DNA from: Candidatus Marinacidobacterales bacterium
GTDB taxonomy: Bacteria > Acidobacteriota > Vicinamibacteria > Marinacidobacterales > SMYC01
Direction: 5' to 3'
DNA length: 64,000 bases
Assembly: GCA_965224085.1 (NCBI GenBank)
Contig: CBDCYI010000011.1
Span: 640,001-704,000 of the forward strand
Shown here in pieces: positions 31,240-41,376 of this stretch. The first letter of the stretch is position 1, and the number at the start of each line of letters is the position of its first letter. The translations under genes and the position numbers were made by a program. The notes beneath the pieces were generated by a model. It did not search any database. It was not told the DNA's origin and saw only the letters and a program-made list of their open reading frames with translations.

Positions 31240-33609
31240 TCAGTTCATGTGCAGCGTGATAGACCGGCTCGTGATTTCCCCAGTCTCCAGATCATGAACG
31301 GTGACTTGGATCGTGTGCACTCCCTTGTCGAGCTCGCTCAAATCCGTTTCCAAGGATTCCAGGATGGTGTCCTCCGCGGGTCTCTCGACGACGCGCTTGG
31401 TGACAAGGTCTTCGTTTCCAGAATATTCTGAAAGGAACAAGCCCTGTGCTGCTGCAGCGGCGGCGGTATAGATAGGGAAAAATGCACCCGCCATTTGTGA
31501 TCCCATGTGGGCGAGATTCGACCAGACGCTAGGCTTCTTGTGGAGAGTCACCACGCGCTCCTCAATCTCGTAGCAGGCAAGGCCGTCCTCGTTGACCTCG
31601 GGGTTGTAGAGCTCGAAGTAGATGCGCGAGGGACTCGATTTTTTGATCACTCGAGTGGGCACGGGGTGCCACAGGATATTCTCATCGGGCGTTGCGAGCT
31701 TTGCATTTGGAGCGTCGCCGTCGCGCTTCGAATCTTTCTGATCCCCCATCTGGAGAAACAAATCGCTCAGCCCCAAGTCGCCCGAAGGAAGGTTGGTCGC
31801 AAGATGGCTGCCACGGGCGAGGCCGTACCGGTCGGTATCGGGCTGGTGAAGCTCGACGGCGATGCGGTACTCCGCGGGCTCCAGATCGTAGATCTTCATG
31901 CTGGCCATGAAGACCTTGGGCCCCTTGGAGCGGATGTCTCCCAGCCGGAAGCGTTGCTCGTACCGCCTTTCTACCTTTTCCCACTCGTCATCGTAGACGA
32001 GAACCGTAACCTCTAGCTCGGATTCTGGAGAAAGCTTCTCGTCGTCCAAGCTGGCAAGGTCGGTGGCGAAATCGACTTCGATGGCGGGCTGTCCCTCCGC
32101 ATAAAAGCTGGAGATGGAGACCGACAGCGGGAGGATGTTCTCGCTGGAGTAGAAGTCGGAGGAATCCTGCGCCATGGCCACCTTGACGGATTGCGCCATC
32201 AGATGGCTCTCCTCGACAAGCTGCCGTCCCAGATCCCTGTAGGAGCCGAGAAGGAACCGCTGGTACAGGGGGAGGAACATTTGCCGGCTGGTGTACAGGT
32301 CGCCCAAAGCCCTCGTCCGGTATGCGAGGACTCTCCGGGGATCGTCGGGCGCCGAGGGCCTGGTGGAGGCGACGCCCAAGTTCAAGGCCAGGGTCCACTC
32401 ACCCACCCAGGGGCGCCTTACGAAGTGAAAGGCAAGAGGCTCGGAACCTAATCTCGTTATCTGCCAGGATTCCGTCTTGTCGCTTCCCGAGTAGTAGCGT
32501 TCGGGGATTCGCCTGTCGGGAACGCCATGCCGGAGAAAGACAACGCCCCGATGGTCCACCCAATGGCGGCTGCGTTGCGCCAGCTTGAAAAACTCCAGTG
32601 AATCGTAGTAGGGAAGCTGGGGCGACAGCGATAGAAACTCGTCCTTGTCGGTGAAGTAGCCTCTACCCGTCGATTGAAGCGGATAATCCGTGACGGCTCT
32701 GGCTAGACGACGGTAGTGTCCGGCGATTCGTGGGTTGTCGTCTCGAGTCGGTACTGGATCTCGTCTTTTCCAGAACCGTCGGAAGAAATCCTTTCTCTCG
32801 TCGGTGTCCCAGAGATCCGGGTACTCCTCCCATTCCGAGCTCGAAGCGATGGAGGAGATGTCGCGGAATAGCCTCTCAGCCGTTTGGGGCTCCAACCGCT
32901 CCAGGACGCCCCGGTAGTAGCTCTCACCTTCTTCGTCCAATTTCATTTCGAACAGGGCACGAGCTTGAGTGAGGTCCAGGAGATTTCGAAGCCACCCTGT
33001 TGGTTCGGTGACGGCGACGTCTCGAAGCTCTTCGAGCGCCGCTTTGGGTTTTTCGAGCCTGAGTTGGATCTCGGCGCGCTGCCAGGCGGCGACGGGACCC
33101 GGGTGCGAAGCGATGACTTTCGCATGACTTTTCAGCTCCTTTTTGCTGGGGTTGAGAGCGAGCCAGAGATCGAAGACCTCGTCACCAAGAGAGGTGAGCT
33201 CCAATAACTCCGCCCTCAGATCCTTGAACTTCACTTTCGGCTCCGCTCTGAGCTCCAAGAGCACGCGGGCATAACGAAGCTTTGGAGAATCCGGTCCGCT
33301 TCGCGCAACCTCGAGGGCCTCCTCGTTTCTTCCAAGCTGGGAGAGAGTGACGGCAAGGCCGAGGCGAGCTTCGGCGTGAGTATCCAAGATGCTCTGGAAA
33401 GCGCCCTCCGCGAGGCCCCAGTCACCGGAGGCCGCATTCACGTATGCTTCCTCGAGACCTGGAGCGGCGGCCGAGGCATCGTCGAGCTCGAGCAAACTCA
33501 CGAGCCGATCGGGTTCGAGACCGATGTAGTGGGCCTCGGTGGTCGTCGATATAAAAAACGCCAGGCTCGCCAGGCTCGCGAGTCGGGACTCCCATCGATT
33601 TCTGCTCAT
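31240..33609 (-). CDS. Exported TPR plus GWxTD-like domain protein
   Basis: FFRRFWKRRDP.PT..NP...HYRR...A and HWVDHRGVVFLRHGVPD; TPR-like N-half; signal peptide. Confidence 0.8.
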   Translation of the reverse strand: MSRNRWESRLASLASLAFFISTTTEAHYIGLEPDRLVSLLELDDASAAAPGLEEAYVNAASGDWGLAEGAFQSILDTHAEARLGLAVTLSQLGRNEEALEVARSGPDSPKLRYARVLLELRAEPKVKFKDLRAELLELTSLGDEVFDLWLALNPSKKELKSHAKVIASHPGPVAAWQRAEIQLRLEKPKAALEELRDVAVTEPTGWLRNLLDLTQARALFEMKLDEEGESYYRGVLERLEPQTAERLFRDISSIASSSEWEEYPDLWDTDERKDFFRRFWKRRDPVPTRDDNPRIAGHYRRLARAVTDYPLQSTGRGYFTDKDEFLSLSPQLPYYDSLEFFKLAQRSRHWVDHRGVVFLRHGVPDRRIPERYYSGSDKTESWQITRLGSEPLAFHFVRRPWVGEWTLALNLGVASTRPSAPDDPRRVLAYRTRALGDLYTSRQMFLPLYQRFLLGSYRDLGRQLVEESHLMAQSVKVAMAQDSSDFYSSENILPLSVSISSFYAEGQPAIEVDFATDLASLDDEKLSPESELEVTVLVYDDEWEKVERRYEQRFRLGDIRSKGPKVFMASMKIYDLEPAEYRIAVELHQPDTDRYGLARGSHLATNLPSGDLGLSDLFLQMGDQKDSKRDGDAPNAKLATPDENILWHPVPTRVIKKSSPSRIYFELYNPEVNEDGLACYEIEERVVTLHKKPSVWSNLAHMGSQMAGAFFPIYTAAAAAAQGLFLSEYSGNEDLVTKRVVERPAEDTILESLETDLSELDKGVHTIQVTVHDLETGEITSRSITLHMN

Positions 33610-33921
33610 GATGAACCCTCTATGATGTTTACTTGTCAGGCCATGTACGGATTGTTGGTTCGGGGTGCTAGGCGTGTTCGCCAGCGCGCTCCTGTCACTC
33701 GGGTGTGATCCCAACACACGTCAGAAGTCCGAAAGCCAGTGAAGAGCCTCGTGTGTGGTGCGAACGTTCCCGTGCTCCGTTTTCTCATTTTCATGGGAGC
33801 ACCTCCTGTCAGGCTGTCCGCGCTTCGGTTTCTGTAGACTTCCAGCGTAGCTCGCCGAGGGAGCTCCTCCCGTGAAGCACTGCACAAGAGACGGAACCAC
33901 GGAGCGCTACGATGCGAACGT

Positions 33922-35340
33922 ATGCTTATTTTTTCGAAGCGACGCGATGCGGTGTATGGACGAGCACAGTCTGTTGCCCGGGACACGCTTCTGCTCGCCG
34001 CCTTGACACTGATGGCGACGCCGACGACGGCGAGTTTCAGCTTCCTGTCTGCGCGACCCCTGTTCTACCCGTCGCTCGCTTCACAACAAGCGAGCGCGAC
34101 GGCGGAGAAAGAGAAATCCGTCGGAGAGACGCGTCGCGGTACGGAAACGGATGAAGAGAATAGGACTGGCCTCGACGACGAACTAGGCGCGACGTTGAGG
34201 GAGCTCGATGAGCTCCTGCTGCGTGAGCAAGAGCTGCTGGAGGAGAGTCGGGAGGCCGCGGAGTCGAGCTCTTCGGATAGCGGTAGCGCCGAAGAAGGGG
34301 AAGAAGACTCGGCCCGCGACGGTGAGAGTGAGGGTGAGGATAGTGCCCGCACGCCCGGTGGTGGCTCGAGTGGAGGATTCCCCGATGCGCCACCCGCTGT
34401 GCCCCTACCGCCGCCTGCCGGCATGCTCGCGGGCGGGGAACGGACGCAAACGACAATCGGTCGCGCGCCACCGCCACCGGACGTCAGCGACGGCGGAGAG
34501 ACGCGTCGCGGTGCGGAAACGGATGAAGAGAAAAGGGCTGGCCTCGACGACGAACTAGGCGCGACGTTGAGGGAGCTCGATGAGCTCCTGCTGCGTGAGC
34601 AAGAGCTGGCTGAGGAGAACCGTGAGGCCGCGGAGTCGAGCTCTTCGGATAGCGGTGGCGCCGAAGAAGGGGAAGAAAACTCGGCCCGCGTCGGTGAGAG
34701 TGAGGGTGAGGATAGTGCCCGCACGCCCGGTGGTGGCTCGGGCGGAGGATTGCCCGATGCGCCACCCGGTGTGCCCCTACCGCCGCCTGTCGGCATGCCC
34801 GCGGGCGGGGAACGGACGCAAACGACAATCGGTCACGCGCCACCGGACATCGGCGACGTCGGAGAGACGCATCGCGGTACGGAAACGGATGAAGAGAAAA
34901 GGGCTGGCCTCGACGACGAACTGCGCGCGACGTTGAGGGAGTTCGATGAGCTCCTGTTGCGTGAGCAAGAGCTGGTGGAGGAGAGCCGGGAGGCCGCGGA
35001 GTCGAGCTCTTCGGATGGCGGTGGCGCCGAAGGCGGGGGAGAAGACTCGGGCGCGAGCGCCGCGGACGACCGCGAGGGTGAAGATAGTGCCGGCACGCCT
35101 GATGGTGGCGCTGCCGGAGGATTGCCCGATGTGCCCCTACCGCCGCCGACGGGCACTCCCGCGGGTGGCGCGACAACCGGTCGTGCACCACGTCCACCGG
35201 ACGTCGGCGACGGTCGTGATGACGATATCGTGGCACGGCAACTCCGTGAGGCCGCGCAGAATGAAAAAGATCCCGCGCTGCGTGAAAAGCTGTGGGACGA
35301 GTACCGCGCCTACAAGCACGGAGCCAGCGTCAACAAGTAA
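33922..35340 (+). CDS. Exported acidic/Pro-rich protein with three ~122-aa repeats; first gene of the envelope operon (start uncertain)
   Basis: Repeats of ETDEE.R.GLDDEL.ATLRE.DELLLREQE; unique C-terminus DDDIVARQLREAA..EKDP.LREKLWDEYRAYK. Confidence 0.75.
   Translation: MLIFSKRRDAVYGRAQSVARDTLLLAALTLMATPTTASFSFLSARPLFYPSLASQQASATAEKEKSVGETRRGTETDEENRTGLDDELGATLRELDELLLREQELLEESREAAESSSSDSGSAEEGEEDSARDGESEGEDSARTPGGGSSGGFPDAPPAVPLPPPAGMLAGGERTQTTIGRAPPPPDVSDGGETRRGAETDEEKRAGLDDELGATLRELDELLLREQELAEENREAAESSSSDSGGAEEGEENSARVGESEGEDSARTPGGGSGGGLPDAPPGVPLPPPVGMPAGGERTQTTIGHAPPDIGDVGETHRGTETDEEKRAGLDDELRATLREFDELLLREQELVEESREAAESSSSDGGGAEGGGEDSGASAADDREGEDSAGTPDGGAAGGLPDVPLPPPTGTPAGGATTGRAPRPPDVGDGRDDDIVARQLREAAQNEKDPALREKLWDEYRAYKHGASVNK
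34123..35200 (+). repeat. Intragenic tandem triplication (periods 372 and 366 bp)
   Basis: GGAGAGACGC..CGCGGT.CGGAAACGGATGAAGAGAA starts at 34123, 34495 and 34861. Confidence 0.9.
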
Positions 35341-35381
35341 CCGGGCAATCATTGAATGACGATAAATGAAGGAGGACAGCG

Positions 35382-36615
35382 ATGCGGAGCCCAGATTTGA
35401 TTCTTCGGTGGACCGTCATCTGTATTTTCGCGGGAGGGCTTTTAGCTCCGTCTCTTTCGGCCAGAGAGAACCGGCAAGTGGACGCCATCCAAGCCCATTC
35501 CGAGATCCCGGAAGAAAGTCTCTTGGACGTAGGGATTCTCGTCTTCGATCCGGGACTGCCAGAAGACGAAGAGGAGGTCTACGATTTGGAAGCAAAGGGC
35601 GTCTTCGAAGGTGTCCGCAAGGCCGAGGCACGCTACATAGCAATCCAGCTCCAGCGGACTCTGGAGTCCACCGGTAACTGGGGCGCCGTGCGCGTCGTCC
35701 CGGCCGCGAATCGAGTGGACGTGAAAGTGTCGGGGCGCATCGTCACCTCGACGGGAAAGACTCTGGTCGTGAAGCTCCGCGTGGTGGATGCCCGCGGCCG
35801 CATTTGGCTGAACAAAAAATACAAGGGCAAGGCGAATGTAGGCTCCTATAGGCGTAAGGAAAGGTGACCGGCGGGATCCCTTTCAAAGCCTCTACAACCG
35901 AGTCGCCAACGACATGCTGAAGTTTCGCGACAAGAAACTCGACGCGGAGGATTTTCGGCAAGTGCGCATGGTCTCCCGCCTCGAGTTCGCCGGTGATCTT
36001 GCTCCCACCATCTTTGCCGACTATCTGCGCGTGGATAGGAAGGGACGCCGTTTCATCGAAAAACTGCCGGCGGAAAACGATCCCATGATGGAGCGGATCG
36101 CCGAGATTCGCGAACGGGATCGGATGTTCGTCGATACTCTCAACGAGCATTATGCCGACTTCTACACGAAGATGGATGAACCCTATGACAGTTGGCGATC
36201 CTTCGCCTACGAAGAGCAGAGAGAGCTCGACAGCCTGAAGAAAAAATCGAAGTGGGCGAAGATTCTAGGGACGGCGGCCGTCATCGGCGGTGCCGTGGCG
36301 GCCGCGAAGGGCGGAGCAGGAAGCTTTGCCGGACAAGCGGGTATCGGTGGCGGGATCGCCGCGATTACCTATGGGATGAAGCAGTCGGGGGATATCAAGA
36401 TGCACCTCGAGGCCATGCGTGAGCTCGGGGCCTCGCTCGATACCGACGTCTCCCCGATGGTGATCGACGTGGAAGGCGAGGTCACGAAGCTCAGCGGCTC
36501 TGTGGACATCAAGTACGCCACGTGGCGCCGGTTATTGCGGGAGATCTTCGCCGCCGAAACGGGGATTCCCATCGACCCCAACACGGAGGTCGATCTGGGC
36601 GCCCCGAGCAACTGA
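35382..36615 (+). CDS. Exported protein with a glycine-zipper segment; 1-nt frameshift near 35860
   Basis: AGGAGG RBS and signal peptide. ORFs 35382..35867 and 35914..36615 join if one A is removed from GAAAGG. Contains GTAAVIGGAVAAA..G...GIGGGIAA. Confidence 0.7.
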
Positions 36616-36710
36616 GTCGTTCGCGACACCTGCACCAGCGTCATGTATGCGCTAGTGCAAGGTCAATCGCTCCATCGAAGGTTGACGTGAGTCAGAGAGA
36701 GGTGTGGCTG

Positions 36711-37895
36711 ATGCAATATCAGGAAAGTTCGGAACGCGCGGTGGCCACGCGTGCCGAGAAGTTCAAGCTCAGGCCTCCGCCGCGTGTGACGGTGAAACCC
36801 ATTCCGCTGGAATCAAAACGCCGGGTCAACGAGCTTCAGGGCGGAAAAAGTGGCGTCGGGTGGATCACGGTGACGGCCCTCGTCATCCTTCTCCTGATGG
36901 CGTTCTCGGTTTTCTTCGTCCTGCCGACGTGGGTGCACGACCGTTCGGCCCAAGCGGCGTTCATTGTCGAGCCTGTTGAGAGTGCCGAGCCTGTCGAGCC
37001 TGTTGAGCGTGTTGAGCCCGTCGAGCGTGCAACCGACGTTGCGGTAGCGTCCGCTGCGCCATTGCCCGTCACGGCGATCGAGAGCTCGCGGGCGCCGGCG
37101 TCTCCCAAAGATGAAGCGGAGCCTGCGCGGGAGCGCGCGACGGCCTCCCAACACGAAGCCGCGGCCGTCGGTCCGGTGGACGGGACGACCACCGAGCAGG
37201 CCTTTATCGAGGTCATGTCCCAAGGGATGGCGGCGCTCGAACGCGGAGACTACCGTGCCGCACGGGATGCTTTCCAGCGAGCCAACAGAATGCGACCAGC
37301 GGCGGCACAAGTCGCCGATGGACTGGCGCAGGCCGAGCAAGGCCTGAATCTTGAGGCGATGGCCGCCCTTCGCCAAAAGGCGCTCGCCTTCGAGGCGCGG
37401 GAGGCGTGGCGGGAGGCGTCGAAGCACTATCAAGCGGTGCTGGAGCTGGACCCGGCGATTCGCTTCGCTCAGCAAGGAAAGGCGCGGTCTCTAGAGCGAG
37501 CCGAGCTCTCCAAGCTGCTGGAGTTTCAACTGAAAAACCCATCGCGACTGTCCGATGACAAAGTGCTCGAAGAGGCGTCCGCGCTCCTCAGCACCTCTTC
37601 GGGAATCGAGCCCGCCGGTCCCGAGCTCCGGCGGCAGTTGAGCGCGCTCGAAGCGCTCATCGCCAAGGCCTCGATGCAGGTACGCGTCGCTTTCGAATCC
37701 GACGACTTGACCGAGGTCGTGATCTACAAAGTGGGCCGCCTGGGAAAATTCGCTCACCGGGAGCTGGACCTTCGTCCTGGCACTTACACGGTCGTGGGTA
37801 GCCGGCGCGGCTACCAGGACGTGCGGCGGCAACTCGTCGTCGCGGCGGGCGTCGGGCCCGAGCGCGTGGTGGTGCGCTGCGAGGTGAAGATTTGA
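36711..37895 (+). CDS. Bitopic membrane protein: TM, Pro/Glu linker, TPR-like helices and C-terminal PEGA-like domain
   Basis: TM WITVTALVILLLMAFSVFFVLP; GDYRAARDAFQRA; LRPGTYTVVGSRRGYQDVR. Confidence 0.75.
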   Translation: MQYQESSERAVATRAEKFKLRPPPRVTVKPIPLESKRRVNELQGGKSGVGWITVTALVILLLMAFSVFFVLPTWVHDRSAQAAFIVEPVESAEPVEPVERVEPVERATDVAVASAAPLPVTAIESSRAPASPKDEAEPARERATASQHEAAAVGPVDGTTTEQAFIEVMSQGMAALERGDYRAARDAFQRANRMRPAAAQVADGLAQAEQGLNLEAMAALRQKALAFEAREAWREASKHYQAVLELDPAIRFAQQGKARSLERAELSKLLEFQLKNPSRLSDDKVLEEASALLSTSSGIEPAGPELRRQLSALEALIAKASMQVRVAFESDDLTEVVIYKVGRLGKFAHRELDLRPGTYTVVGSRRGYQDVRRQLVVAAGVGPERVVVRCEVKI

Positions 37896-40324
37896 CGTCA
37901 CCGATCTACATCGAGGATGTTCGAGGCAGCCGCGTCGTCGCGGCTGGTGCGTTCCCCTTGACGCTGGGCGGGCCGGATGCTGACGTGGAGCTTCCAGGCG
38001 TTCACGCTCCCGAGCCCGTGGGCTACCTCGGTCTCTCGGAGGGAGAGCTCTTCGCACAGCCCGCAGAGACCGGCCCAGGGCTGGTCGGTAACGGCGCCCG
38101 TGTGTCGACGTCTCAGTGGCTCCACCCCGGTGACGTTCTCGTCATCGGTCACGCCCGGATCGTCGTCGAGCATGATGGGACGCTCACCCGATTGCGAGTG
38201 GAAGCAAACGGCGTGGAGAACAAAACGGACCCGCCCGAGGTGGTTTCTGCAGCGGCGCCACCGAAGCTCCATGCCGAGCTTTCCTCGAGCACGATCAAAC
38301 CCGTCGCTTTCGAGCCCGCTTCCATCACCACCGGACGTGGCAAGCGGCGCGCCCCTCGTCCTGCGGTGCTCGCGTTTTGGACCTCCGTGGTGCTTCTCGT
38401 CGCTTTCGGCTGGCTCGTCTTCAGCACACGATCCATCGAGGTTCGGATCGAGCCGCCAGCGGAGAGAGTCTTCTTCGAGGGCGGTCTTTATGCTCTCGAG
38501 CTGGGCGGCCGGCATCTCGTGCGCTCCGGGAGCTATACCCTCGTCGCGGAGAAAGAAGGTTATCGAAAACTGGAGGCTCGAGTCACGGTGACGAGTGAGG
38601 GCGGTCAAGTCTTCCGCTTCACCCTGCAGGAGCTCCCGGGTCGTCTCACCGTCGAGACGCCGGTGGATGGCGCCGTTATATGGATCGACGGCGAGAAGGC
38701 CGGGGTGACGCCGCTCGATCCGGTAGAGCTCCCAGCGGGCGAGCACGAGGTGCGGATTCGAGCCGAGCGCTATCAGGAATTCTCCACCCGGGTGAGCATC
38801 CAGCGTCGTGGCGTCGAAATATTGAAGGCCGAGTTCGTACCACGCTGGGCGCCCATCACGTTCCGCTCGGCGCCTGAGGGCGCCATCGTGCGCGTCGATG
38901 GCAAGAATCTGGGCACAACCCCCATCACGGTGGATCTCTTGGAGGGAGCTCATGCATACGAGCTGAGCGTGCGGGGGCGCAAACCACACCGAGGCCGGGT
39001 CACCGTCGTGGCCCGCGAAGAAAAAACTCTGCCCACGATGAGCCTTGCCCTCGTCGATGGGAATCTGCATCTCGAATCCAGCCCCGCGGAGGCCAATGTA
39101 ACCATCGACGGCGTCTACCAGGGTCAGACCCCATTGGACGTGGATCTTTCGCCCGGGGACGAACACGAGATGGGTGTGTCACGAGCCGGCTACGAGTCCC
39201 AATCGCGCCGAGTGCGGATCGACTCGGGCGTGAGCCAAACTCTGCGTGTCGATCTCGCCGTTCAACTCGGCGAGCTCGCGATCGCGGCCGACCCGCCCAC
39301 CGCCGAGTTCTTCGTCAACGGCGAGCCTCGCGGCCAGGCTAGCCAGCTCATTCGCCTTCCCGCCGTGGCGCAGCAGATCGAGATTCGGAAGGCGGGCTAC
39401 GAATCCTTCACCACAAACATCACTCCGCGGCCCGGATTCCCGCAAAGCATCGAGGTCACTCTCAAAACGTTGGAGGAGGCCATCACGGATGCCAGACGAC
39501 CCGTCATCAAAAGCGCTCAAGGACACGAGCTGCGGCTCATCGCCCCGCGCCGCTTCCAGATGGGCGCCTCGCGCCGCGAGCCGGGACGGCGGGCCAACGA
39601 GGCCATCCGGGACGTCGAGCTCACCCGCTATTTCTATCTCGGGACCAAGGAAGTCACCAACCGAGAGTTTCGCGCCTTCAAACCGGAGCACCGCTCGGGC
39701 TCGGTGAGAGATATCAATTTGGAGGGTGACCTTCTCCCCGTGGTTCGCGTGACCTGGGAAGAAGCGGCCGCGTACTGTAACTGGCTGAGCGATCGGGATT
39801 CACTCCCCCACGCCTACGTCCAGAAGGGAGCGACGCTGGCGCCGGTAACGCCTCCGAACACCGGTTACCGGCTGCCCACGGAAGCGGAATGGGCGCGGGC
39901 GGCGCGCTATCCCGATGGGGAGCGCGGGCGCAAATACCCTTGGGGTGGCGCGCTGCCAGTAGCCCCGGGCTCGGGAAATTATGCCGATGCCTCCGCCCAG
40001 GCATTGGTGGCCGCCATCCTGCCGAAATATAACGACGGGTTTGCGGCGACGGGCCCCGTGGATAGCTTCGACCCCAACCCGATGGGTCTTTTCAACCTGG
40101 GAGGAAACGTCGCGGAGTGGATCCAGGATCTTTATACGATCCGCCCATCGGGCACATCCAAGCTCGTACGGGATCCGCTGGGCCCCACGCAAGGGAAGTT
40201 TCATGTCATTCGGGGGTCGAGCTGGATGCACGGCCGAGTGACTGAGCTCCGTCTGAGCTTCCGCGACTACGGAAATAAGAAGCGGCCCGATGTGGGGTTC
40301 CGCATTGGGAGATACGCCGAATAG
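37892..40324 (+). CDS. FHA-like, TM, multiple PEGA and C-terminal FGE/sulfatase-modifying-factor domain protein
   Basis: FPLTLGG...L.PGDVLVIG (FHA-like fold), a TM, repeated S.P.GA.V.IDG..G.TP, then EVTNREF, PVVRVTWEEAAAYCNWL, YRLPTEAEW and GNVAEW. Confidence 0.9.
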   Translation: MTSPIYIEDVRGSRVVAAGAFPLTLGGPDADVELPGVHAPEPVGYLGLSEGELFAQPAETGPGLVGNGARVSTSQWLHPGDVLVIGHARIVVEHDGTLTRLRVEANGVENKTDPPEVVSAAAPPKLHAELSSSTIKPVAFEPASITTGRGKRRAPRPAVLAFWTSVVLLVAFGWLVFSTRSIEVRIEPPAERVFFEGGLYALELGGRHLVRSGSYTLVAEKEGYRKLEARVTVTSEGGQVFRFTLQELPGRLTVETPVDGAVIWIDGEKAGVTPLDPVELPAGEHEVRIRAERYQEFSTRVSIQRRGVEILKAEFVPRWAPITFRSAPEGAIVRVDGKNLGTTPITVDLLEGAHAYELSVRGRKPHRGRVTVVAREEKTLPTMSLALVDGNLHLESSPAEANVTIDGVYQGQTPLDVDLSPGDEHEMGVSRAGYESQSRRVRIDSGVSQTLRVDLAVQLGELAIAADPPTAEFFVNGEPRGQASQLIRLPAVAQQIEIRKAGYESFTTNITPRPGFPQSIEVTLKTLEEAITDARRPVIKSAQGHELRLIAPRRFQMGASRREPGRRANEAIRDVELTRYFYLGTKEVTNREFRAFKPEHRSGSVRDINLEGDLLPVVRVTWEEAAAYCNWLSDRDSLPHAYVQKGATLAPVTPPNTGYRLPTEAEWARAARYPDGERGRKYPWGGALPVAPGSGNYADASAQALVAAILPKYNDGFAATGPVDSFDPNPMGLFNLGGNVAEWIQDLYTIRPSGTSKLVRDPLGPTQGKFHVIRGSSWMHGRVTELRLSFRDYGNKKRPDVGFRIGRYAE

Positions 40325-40351
40325 GAAGAACTTGGACTAAGGAGGCCTGAG

Positions 40352-40544
40352 ATGAGATTCGTTCTATATGCGCTCTTGGCATTGACTCTTTTGGGAGCTC
40401 GTCTGGCATCGACGATGACCGTTACGAGTGGACAAAGCAAACAGAAACAAGACGAGCTTCCCACGTTGAGACGAGCTTCCCACGTTCACCCCTACGGAGA
40501 AAGTACCCGCGGGCATTGCTGTCTCGTTTCCCGCGGATATCTAA
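40352..40544 (+). pseudogene. 57-aa exported peptide ending SFPADI, frame broken by a 19-bp tandem duplication
   Basis: AAGGAGG RBS. Removing one copy of the repeat at 40450-40486 gives ...QDELPTFTPTEKVPAGIAVSFPADI*, ending 4 nt before the MotA-like start. Confidence 0.7.
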
Positions 40545-40548
40545 GTAA

Positions 40549-41346
40549 ATGAAAAAAAACTACCCGGTCGAATTCATGTATCAGGCGTTCTCGTTGCTCG
40601 TGGCGGTGATCCTCGTCCACGCGGTCTACGTGTTGCTGGTGAGGCCGAAAGCGGATGTCGTCCTGGCCACCGCGCAGGCGTTCATGGAGGTCGAGAAGGG
40701 CTACGTCCAGGAGCGATCCTTCTGGGTCATCGTCCGCGATATCGAACAGGAATCCTGCTTCATCCTCATGTTCTGGGCGCTGGCCATCATCGCGTATAAG
40801 GGTGTGCTGGCCTCTCGCGAGCACCAGCTTCTGCAGAAGGACCTCGTGCCGCTCGCCGCAGGCTCGAAGGTCCTTCCCGAGGACGCCCGGGAATATGCCC
40901 GGCAGATCCAGTCGCTTCCCGATATCGAGCGAAGCCGCTTATTGCCGCGCGCTCTTCTGTCGGCGCTCGGCCGCTTCCGAGCCACGCGCAACATTCAGGA
41001 CGTTTCCGCCACCGCCCACGCGGTGTGCGCCTCGGAATCGGATCGGCTCGAGTCGGAGCTTTCCATGGTGCGCTATATCGCCTGGGCCATTCCTTCCATA
41101 GGCTTCATCGGAACCGTCCGCGGCATCGGCGAGGCCCTCGCCCAGGCCCACAAGGCGGTGGAAGGCGACATCGCCGGGGTTACCCAGAGCTTGGGTGTCG
41201 CCTTCAACTCCACTTTCGTCGCGCTCCTCATCAGCATCTTGCTGATGTTCGTCCTGCATCAGCTTCAGCTTCAACAGGATCGACTCGTTCTGGAGACGGA
41301 CAACTATCTCGACGGCCGCCTCATCGAGCATCTTCAGGTCTCCTAG
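40549..41346 (+). CDS. MotA/TolQ/ExbB proton-channel family protein
   Basis: AIPSIGFIGTVRGI and GVAFNSTFVALL motifs; four hydrophobic segments. Confidence 0.92.
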   Translation: MKKNYPVEFMYQAFSLLVAVILVHAVYVLLVRPKADVVLATAQAFMEVEKGYVQERSFWVIVRDIEQESCFILMFWALAIIAYKGVLASREHQLLQKDLVPLAAGSKVLPEDAREYARQIQSLPDIERSRLLPRALLSALGRFRATRNIQDVSATAHAVCASESDRLESELSMVRYIAWAIPSIGFIGTVRGIGEALAQAHKAVEGDIAGVTQSLGVAFNSTFVALLISILLMFVLHQLQLQQDRLVLETDNYLDGRLIEHLQVS

Positions 41347-41376
41347 CGATCGAGGTTTTCACTATTTTGGATTCTC

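Noticed and set aside
34123-35200. Long direct repeats as a CRISPR or non-coding array
   Set aside because: Units are ~370 bp, multiples of three, lie within an ORF and have no unique spacers; no cas genes are present.
37892-40324. Active formylglycine-generating enzyme or DGR target
   Set aside because: The catalytic Cys pair is not evident around RGSSW. No reverse transcriptase or template repeat of the 3' end was found in the window.
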